Of a DNA stretch of 64,000 bases, positions 55,095 to 64,000 are shown piece by piece (positions within the stretch are counted from its first letter, which is position 1; each line of letters starts with the position of its first letter). A program made the position numbers and the translations under genes. This stretch comes from Paraspadella gotoi (lineage: Eukaryota > Animalia > Chaetognatha). The DNA is taken from assembly GCA_051294375.1 (NCBI GenBank), contig CM119263.1:20364115-20428114 (forward strand), written 5' to 3'. The notes beneath the pieces were generated by a model. It worked only from the letters and a program-made list of their open reading frames with translations. It had not been told where the DNA came from and searched no databases.

Positions 55095-55896
55095 ATGGTA
55101 ATTATCTTTTTTTTTTCTAAATAAAAACGAAAAATCTAGAAAAATCTAATGAAAAAGCGAAAAAGAAATGGAATCGAAATTGGATACAAGTTGTCCACGG
55201 TTTCTACGCAAAGGATTTTCTCTTAAACCACGGATTAACGATTACTCGACCTTTGCGGCAATTTGCGGCAACTGACGCACATTTTTTGATGTCTTCGACC
55301 ACTAATGATTAGTATTGGCAATAGTGAATAATGACAAGATAAATCTAGATTGAAATAACGAGGAAAGGGTTACAGCCTTAATGACGCATTAATAATTTTA
55401 ATTCAGACTTTAATATAATTGATGACCAAGAGTAAAGAGCTGATGTGCATTCATTTTTATTCATATCTTCAATCTTCAATCTCCACCCCTATACATTAAC
55501 AAATATTAACTCGAATAGCGGGGGCGTATTATCTTTATAAGTTCATCTTATTAAATGTATCTCTTTAATGGTGCGATAAAACCTCTAAGAAAGCCTAATC
55601 AAAAGATATACAAATAATTTAAACTGCTGCATTATGCAAATGAGATTAAATAGCTCATTTAAAATTAACTACCAATTTCTTTGGTACACTCGCATCCACC
55701 ACCAATACCATTGCACACATTGCTCAGTCGACTAAACCACACCACTTCCGACTACCTCTTGCAGGCCGAAATCACCGAGGAGCAGTTCCAGGCCCTGAAC
55801 GATCAGGCTGATGCTGAGGCGGCGCTGAAGGCCAAACTCGAAGAGGAGAATGTCACCCTCGGAGAGGAGATCGCCGCCTTGGAGGCCGACCTTGCC
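55095..55896 (+). CDS. 5' part of an unidentified acidic coiled-coil protein gene (partial)
   Basis: aaaaATG|gtaatt at 55095-55097 splices in phase 0 to exon 55765-55896 (cag/gtgagt), giving MAEITEEQFQALNDQADAEAALKAKLEEENVTLGEEIAALEADLA. Heptad pattern and coding-like GC3. Downstream exons were not found. Confidence 0.55.
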
Positions 55897-56714
55897 GTGA
55901 GTAGTGGTGGGTGGTGAAGGAAAGGGGTTTGCCGGGTGGGGACGAGGCATCGTGGGGGGGAGAAGCGAAAGGTCATCATAGAAGGAAAAGAAAAACTGGG
56001 ATAACAGTTGCGTGGGTGAAAGTAGAAAATATTCCTTTTGTTTTTTGTTTATGGGAATTAATCGACTTTAGACACTGATTTGTGATAACTCTCCTAAACG
56101 TTTCGGGTGTTTCGCCCCATCACTGACTTTCTTTAAATAGCCTTTTCAGCTAAAATTTTAAAGACGAAAGCGGCTCATTTTGATTCTGTTATAAGCTGAA
56201 TTTTAAGTTTAAAAGTAATTGACTAGAGAACAAAATGCCTTTTATATCGCGATCGGAGGAACGAGCTTGATGCAATCTGCGATCTCTCATTCTTTTTCCC
56301 TCTTTCTATATCTCTCTTTCTCTCTTTCTCAATAAATTAAAGAAAAAAGTTTTTTTTCGATATTTTATCGCATTTTTATTTTTTTATAATCTTATTTTTT
56401 ATGGCTGTTTGCTGAGTTTTGCTCTCTCTCTGCGGAGATTTTCAGCAAGATGACGGCTACGGAGAGAGAGAGAGAGAGAAGCGATGAGAGAGAGAGGAGA
56501 AGAGAGAGAGAGAGATGAGCGGTGCGTTGTTGGAGACTTGTTTATTTTTCTGTCAATAAAATTAAATATTCATAGCAAAATAGCATCAAACCAAAATTTC
56601 CATTGACAGATGTTCCCGCCATAATGGAAAATAAAAATTTTAACCGATGGTGGCGAAACAACGGAAAAGACAAACGCGAGATAGAAAGAGAAAAAAGTCA
56701 TTAATAGAAGAGAA

Positions 56715-58213
56715 AAAAAGATAGAAAGCGAGAAAGATGGGCCTCTGAAGGACTCTGGGGAGGAGAAAATATATCAAAATTTAAAAGAAAGAAAATTGTA
56801 AGTTTTAAATACTTACAAAAAAATCTTTTTTTACAAATTTTTTATCTTAAATATTTTCTACAATAATTTATCTTAATAACCTTAATAGTCTTATACCCAG
56901 GGCTCGCCAGAGCTTTAGGTTAAACACCTCGTTTCTACATCTTTCAACATCAACATCAACATCAACACAATATCAAGAAGCAAAATGATGCTCTCTCTCG
57001 GAGCTTCCGCTCGTTTCACCTTGAAAAATTGGGTTTTCATCGCGAATCTTCGCGGAGCACAAACTACAAAAACTCTGTTGAGAGGTTGGGGTCTCTGTAG
57101 GCACATCTCCAAAACTTTGCCAACAATCGTGACTCTTAGTGTGATAAGTAATTTTCTTTGGAACGATTTTTGTGCTTTTCTGTTCTTCAGCCACGAGATT
57201 TGTTGCTCGAAAAACATTTGGCGTCGGAGCCCACAATTTTTACGTCCATCTTTGTTTTGATGGAAAGAGAGGAAGAGAGGGAGAGAGAGAGAGAGGAGAG
57301 AGAGAGAGACGAGAGAGAGAGAAGATGCGGGTATGTGAGAGACCGAGGAGATGGACGTGAGGGCGTCGACAGTGATGAGAGACGCGAGTCGAGAGACAGC
57401 GCTGAGAGAAGCCGGCGCCGAGAGGCGGAGGAGAGAGAGCAGAGAGAGAGAGTGAGAGAGGATGAGAGTAGAAAAAATAAGAGAGATACGACGGGAGAGA
57501 GAGAGAGAGAGAGCGGATGGCGACGCAGGAGAGCGAGCGAGACGAGAATAGACGAGAGAGATGAGATGAGAGGCCGAGACGCGGGAGAAGAGAGATGGAG
57601 AACGAGGAGAGAGNNNNNNNNNNNNNNNNNNNNNNNNNCTCTCTCTCTCTCTCTCTCCCCTCTCTTCCTCTCTTTCATCAAAACAAGATGGACGTAAAAA
57701 TTGTGGGCTTCCGACGCCAAAATGTTTTTCGAGCAACAAATCTCGTTGGCTGAAGAACAGAAAAGCAAAATCGTTCCAAAGAAAATTACTTATCACACTA
57801 AGAGTCACGATTGTTGGCAAAGTTTTGAGATGTGCCTACAGAGACCCCAACCTCTCACAGAGTTTTGTAGTTGTGCTCGCGAAGATTCGCTGAAAAACCC
57901 CAATTTTTCAAGGTGAAACGAGCGGAAGCTCCGAGAGAGAGCATCATTGACTTCTTGATATTGTTGATGTTGATGTTGATGTTGATGTTGAAAGATGTAG
58001 AAACGAGGTGTTTAACCTAAAGCTTGCGAGCCCTGGGTATAAGACTATTAAGGTTATTAAGATAAAATTGTAGAAATATTTAGATAAAAAAAATTTGTTA
58101 AAAGATTTTTTGTAAGTATTTAAAACTTACAATTTTCTTTCTTTTAAATTTTGATATATTTTCTCCTCCCCAGAGTCCCTTCAGAGGCCCATCTTTCTGC
58201 TTTCTATCTTTTT
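56715..58213. other. Inverted duplication (~570-bp arms) around the N-gap at 57614-57638; probable assembly or read artefact
   Basis: ~56715-57295 is mirrored by 57639-58213 with many 1-2-nt indels; noisy GA-like sequence lies between. Confidence 0.7.
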
Positions 58214-59123
58214 AAGTAATATCATTTTGATCTCTATATAACCAGAGGGTTTTGCGGAGAAAGCAAGGCGTATGTTTTTGCCGCCTACAATAAAAAGAAA
58301 TAATTGCTTTCTGTAATATTCCCAATATTTTTTCTTAATTTGAAAGATTCTTCGGTTTTATTTTTAGTTAGAGTTACGCTTACCGCTACGTAATTCAAAA
58401 AATAAAATTTTTCTTTTCCAGTAAATTTCCAGTACATGTTAAATATTTTTCAAAAAGCTTGTTTTTGTGTATCAAATTCCTATTATATTTTTCGGCCGAA
58501 GAGAAATAAAAATTTTCGTCGAATACTGCTAATCCCTTACCATTCTGGTAATTGTTCCCAAACTGTTTTCAGATTAAGTGGCATTTCACTCTTTAATGGG
58601 GCCACTAATTCAGTCAAGTTAGGGGTCCTTCTTCTAGAAGGTAAAAAACAAACCAATTTCTAAGGAAAGTTCTTATGACTTTATTTAAAATCAATGAGTG
58701 GCCCACAATACTTTATGAGAATAGTAACCAAAGCATGGATAGCATTAACACGATAATCTTTTCTTTGGGACTTGGGGTTTCATTATTAATTATATATTCT
58801 ATATATATTATATTTTTATTTTATCTTCTTATTGCCGCGCTCATGGTTAAAAATTAGAGAAGTGTTCATCATGAAGCAATTTTCAAGGCAGAAAGGTCGG
58901 TAATCAAAAACTAAAATTAATGGAAGCCGGGGGGGGGCGGCAGCTGAGCCAGTGGGGGCCCGCCATTTCTCTCGCCGCCATGATCTCCTGGTCCTTTTTC
59001 GAAAGACACAATTTAATTTTACTCGCAAAGTAAATTTGAAGAACGAGTTTTCCGTAAACCATTTCGTGAGTCGATATATCAAAATGAGCAAGAGAGTACA
59101 ATAAGTATTCCCCGATTTCTTTC

Positions 59124-59370
59124 ATACAATTGAAACATTCTTTGAAATATTTTTCCACTTCATTGATAGGGAAGCCAGGTACTCTGGGAGTGAATAAACG
59201 AGACTGTGAGAGAGTCTTGATTGAAAAGTTTGCAAGGGACCTGCTATGGTCATTATCTTGTGAAGAGTGATGGAGGCCTTAAACCACCAAAGCCTGTCCA
59301 AAGTCAGGGGCAGATAGCTTATTTTATTAAATGAATGGATAATTTTTATATATGGTTGTACCAATTTCAT
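59124..59370. repeat. Rep-A copy with several 1-nt indels
   Basis: Same termini as 10703-10943 (atacaattgaaac ... gtaccaatttcat). Confidence 0.9.
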
Positions 59371-61433
59371 GTCTAATATATTCTGTAGTCTACACGGTGT
59401 TTTTGTAATAATTTTTTTTCAAATTCATGGATTTAATTCCTTAAATAGGCTGATTTCGTTTTTTTTCGAAAAAGACTATGATATCGCTAAGCATTCTACA
59501 AATAGTATACAGGAGGATTGATTTATACAGGCGACAGTTGATAAGAAGATTGATGCCTCGAGATATATGAAGTCAAACTAAATAAAATAAATAAATCTTT
59601 ATAAATGATTTAAAACTTTACTTGCTAACTTAGTTACGAGCAATTTTACACTGATGTAGTGATTACGAGGTCTTAATTTTGTTTCTTCCTGTTCTAGTAG
59701 AGAATCATTGGAATCAATTGAACTATTTCACAAGCGGAAACGATGTATTTATTTGTGACACAAATACAATATAAAAATTCATCATAACACATTCATGAAG
59801 AATATTATGCCCTCCTGAAGCCATCATGCAGCGACAATGTAGTATTTTTCATTAATTAGTAAAATCTAATTCCATCGTCTACAATAACGATAATCAAGGT
59901 ACAACCGACTCGCGGTTCTTACCTTGAATTTTTTAAAACCCACGTTAAATGTAAAATTAACTTGAGTCCAAGATATATATGTGAAAGAAAGAGAGCGTTC
60001 AACATGTTTGGACAATATGGGAATGCTCTTTGAGGTTTATTATTAAAGATATTAGCTTGAATTGGAAAATATCGAAGAGAACCAATGTTTTTTTTAAGAT
60101 ACAAAATAGCAGAGGACCGCACGGCCCCGTTTGTACATCTTCGATATGGTCAAGCGCGTTGGTTTTTATTCATGTGACATTTTTCTTTTCTTTTGTTTTC
60201 TTTTATTTTTCATAAAGCCATGCGTTTCGTTCTTTTTCGCGGGGAACACATTTCTTTTTGGTATTTATTCATTCATCCATGTGATCTTTTTTTGTAATAT
60301 TAGATGTTGGTTTAAACATAGCTAGGTGTTGATTTTTTTAAACCTATATCCAAGTAAAAAATGAAAAATGATTCAAGAAAAAGATAAAAGAGAGAAACTG
60401 ACATTTAAGATAAGATCGAAGATGAGAGAAGCAACGATTCCATAAACGTAGATCTGGATAGTTTTGTAAGTCCTATTACATGTTACAGTTTAGCAAAGAT
60501 GAAGAGGTCAATTCAATCCGACCCTTTTGATGTTTTTTTAAACATAAAAAATGGCGAGCAGGATCTTAATTTCGCTATTATTATTATAATACTGATAAAT
60601 ATTTATTAACCAAAAATGCTCATTTGTTAATTTTTTCGAATCGAGCGAGGCGACGTCGCCGCCGATAAAGAGGATCGACTGGCGGCGCCAGGATTTCATT
60701 CGAGCGAACGGCGTCATTAGGCGCGGCTGTGAGTTTTACTTCTTCGTTCCGTCGGTGTTGCCGTTTGGCGGAATCGGCGACGTCCTATTTGTTTTTTTTC
60801 TGCTTCAGGATGTTCTTTTTTCCCGTTTGCCGCGAAGGCCGCCACGTCATTCAGCCGTCCAATCCTCCGATGAAAAGTCCTCCTTCGATCATAAGACAAA
60901 AGAGCATCGCCGGGACGGCCGATGGTTCGCCGCCGGCCCACAAGGAGATTGAGAACAGAGAGACGGGGTGGAAACGAAACATCCCTGAACCCCCTCCCTA
61001 GGGGTGATGGGTGAACGCACGACGCCTACTTCGTCTATCGTTTTTGGTTGCGGTCTTGCTTATTCTTTTTAACGCTTCTTAATGTTTTTTTTTTAAACAC
61101 TGAAAATGAGTGGAAAGAAAATCTGAAAAGGCTTTGTTTGGGTCAGCGAGTTTTCGCCCTGAGGCGACGGCGTGGTTCGTCGCTGACTGGAAAATTCCAC
61201 CGCAGCACAAAATCCTCTTTACATGTAGCGGTAGGTCGTGGCGTCAGGACCTCGGCCGAGCGCGAAGACTGTTGAAAAAGAGAGGAAGGGAAAATGATGA
61301 ATTGTCATGTGCAGAACTGAAGCTCGTCCTCCACAATCTCTTATGACTAAAGGCTGTATTTTTTTCTTAATTTTCACCACTCACGAAATCTAGTTGTCCT
61401 TTTAGCAAATAACACATAACATACAAAACTCAC

Positions 61434-62203
61434 GTCGATGGCCTCGTCTCTGGAGCGTGTGGGGCGGTCTTCCTTGGCGGGGTCAGCTCGTCACGGGTCT
61501 TGTTAACGATGTTGGCAATTCTCAGCCTTCTCAGCCTCCAACTTGGCGCATGAAAGCCTGTGAGAACAAATTAAGATGGCGTTAATAAAATCGAAGATTT
61601 TTAATCGATTAAAGACGACCTTCTTAATTTTAAAAAATCGTTCTTTCGGAATTCCCAAAGGGGTCAAAGCAACGACAACAACGGTGACAACAACCAAACC
61701 GAAAACAGTCGTCCTAAAGTCACAAAATCCTATAAACTAAACCCCGTCATTTCTGACCTGTTGTTGCTTGAGCTCGGCCTTGTGCGCCTGGATCCTTTGG
61801 TCCAAAGTGATCTTCTCCTGTTCCGCCGTCGCCACGCGGAATTCCAAGAGACCGAGGTCTGAAGTATAAGTGAGGTGTCGAGAATCAGGGTCGCTCAAGG
61901 ATTTTGTAGCGTCCCCTAACAATAAAACCCCTATTACCACCCTCCAACTCCTAGCCACAATCTTCGACTCACCCATGACGGCCTTGTCGACCTTCTTGGA
62001 CTCCTTGTGAGCTCCTTCTGGAGCCCCAGCGATCTCCTTCTGCAGTCTCTCGCGGGTGACTTCGAGGTCGTGCTTCAGCTATCTTCCTTCTCGACGTCGA
62101 ACTCCTTCTCTGAGGTCGGCGATCTTCGCCTCCAGATCCGCCTTCTTCTTTGGCGAGGGCGGCCTTGGTTTCCGTCCGGTCGGCCCGAAGCGCGCTTCAG
62201 GAT
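61434..62203 (-). CDS. Internal exons of an unidentified coiled-coil protein gene (partial; frameshifted in this assembly)
   Basis: Exon-like blocks 62203-61973, 61858-61758 (clean: DLGLLEFRVATAEQEKITLDQRIQAHKAELKQQQ) and 61557-61434, with canonical splice sites. Coiled-coil peptides KKADLEAKIADL / KEFDVEKE / KHDLEVTRERLQKEIA switch frames at single-base indels. Confidence 0.55.
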
Positions 62204-63880
62204 CTTGCGGTGGAGGAAGGAAATAGGAAATAGGAATAGGAATTTGCCGAGTTCGAGAAAGAAATATAGAAGAAACACCAACAAGGAAGTTCGAAACAAA
62301 CTCGCACATCAATGCTTGCTTTTGAATTTATCGAAATGAAGCCTTGACAAAGCTCGCTATTCACTATCCTGAGCTTTTATTACATTTTTAAAAAAATTCA
62401 AACAACTTCTCGAATCCCTCAGCTCAGTAAGAACGATCTGGTTCTTCCTCTCTCAGCTCCCTCCTTTCCCTTCAAAAAAAAAAAAAAAAAAAAAAATGCT
62501 CCCGCTTTCGTCATTTTATCGACTGATTTATGGGAAAAGTTTTAGAAATCACTCTCCATTCGCAGAGAAAAACTAAAATCGTTTTTTTATATATTTTAAT
62601 TTGCGAGGATAAAGAATAATGCCTTTTTGCCGAAACGTCAAACAATGGCGTCTAAATCATTGGCTGTTTTGACGTCGGGAACCGAAACGCGGACGCCGAC
62701 TGCGTCGAGGAAGTGATTTTGCCGTTGGACGACCAACGGAGGGCGTTGACTTCGGCGAGGCCGGGCGGGGCCGAAGGGAGGCGGAGAGGGCCAGGGCGAG
62801 TGGGGGTTTGAATGCTTAAGCCCAAGGCCCTTTCGGTAGACCACGTCGACGATAACATTTTTTTCATCGATCACCCAATCTGGGAATTTCGAATTGTGTT
62901 AGGAACTGCGCAGTTCGATTAAATTTGTTCGCCAGTCGGATTGACTTTCTGTTCCCATTAATCGGATTTTTCGAGAATTGGAATATATATATCGAATTTC
63001 GGTCGAACCCAAATTTACAAATAAAGTGAAAGAGTATTCACATATAACCTTCTATTTAAGAAAAAAGTGTTAGGGACAGACCAGGTTATATTATATTTTC
63101 GTCTAAATAATTAATGAACACTGCTATTTTTACGGTCATATCCGATGTTACAATAAATTCGTTAACGGTTTGAATAGATTTTTTCGAAGTACACATAATA
63201 TAACATGCGATTATTTAATTCTCTCTCCAAACTTCGTATAATCATCTCATAACGAATTTTAAATCTAAAATTTAACCTTTTTTTTTTCCAAGTAAAAAAG
63301 GTGGTAGAGATATTTCGCCGGCCTTTCTTCATTTCAAAACTCGAACCCGCGCACCCATTTTTTCCCGATTCCTTCGACCTCAACCCGAAGGGATTGGGAT
63401 CTTTGCATCTCCTCCTCTCCTCCTCCTCCTCCTCCTCCTCCTCTCCGCATCCCCTCTTCATCCCAGAGAGATCCTCCGTCTGCATCCCGCATCCCCAAGG
63501 GATTCATTCCTTCAACGACCCCGTGGCAATAACGACTTTATTTCTCGAGCGTGAACCCCAACTGCCCCATCTGCTTTAAAACCTGATCCCAGCCGAATTG
63601 CACCGACCTCTTTCACTATCCTCCTTGCCCACCTACGAAAGCTAACCCTAAGAAAGTCGACCCGGTTTATCAACCACCTTTCAAATCCCACCCCACCCCT
63701 TCCTGCAATCCGCGAACAACTTCGCAACCACCCATCGGCCTTCGTTTCGTTGGCTTTTTTCCTTCTATTCACCCATCGAGTATTCTTCGCAATTTTTTAT
63801 TTTTTTATTTTTTTTTAGCCATCGGGAAACCGCGCAATATTTGGGGAAGGGAGAGATGAGGAGAGATGAGAGAGAGAGAT

Positions 63881-63935
<55 letters not shown>

Positions 63936-64000
63936 GAGAGAGAGAGGAGAGAGATAGAGACCGAAAATAATATAAAGAAAAACTTCTAAGTGATTTTGAT

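Noticed and set aside
56915-57820. 301-aa ORF and giant foldback element
   Set aside because: The ORF spans an N-gap and noisy GA sequence. The arms differ mainly by small indels typical of raw long-read error.
61434-62203. Pseudogene or programmed frameshifting
   Set aside because: The indels are scattered single-base insertions, also seen in the neighbouring repeat copy. Sequencing error is the simpler explanation.

Overview
This is intron-rich eukaryotic genomic DNA, animal-like by gene content (Di-Ras, THEG, LRRC74-like, PML/Plex9-like exonuclease). It is AT-rich, with very dense (GA)n microsatellites and four N-gaps. Most entries in the ORF track are spurious or single-exon fragments. 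Manual splicing with phase checks gives six essentially complete genes: an OxlT-like MFS transporter (-, 10954-15859), a GPR107/GPR108-like GOLD-domain 7TM protein (-, 18984-36342), an LRRC74-like LRR + four-EF-hand protein (+, ~25325-30795), a DEDDh exonuclease (+, 33468-34556), a THEG-like protein (+, 38302-40926) and a Di-Ras GTPase (+, 44607-47862). Two partial coiled-coil genes lie near the right end. The main structural surprise is double gene nesting: the LRRC74-like and exonuclease genes each sit antisense inside a different intron of the 7TM gene. Other points are RFX X-box candidates upstream of both cilia-type genes, Penelope-type minimal hammerhead motifs, a three-level nested transposon stack, and two unusually hairpin-dense non-coding segments. 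Several duplications and the frameshifts beyond ~57 kb look like assembly or read errors. Family assignments come from recognising motifs by eye; no database search was run.
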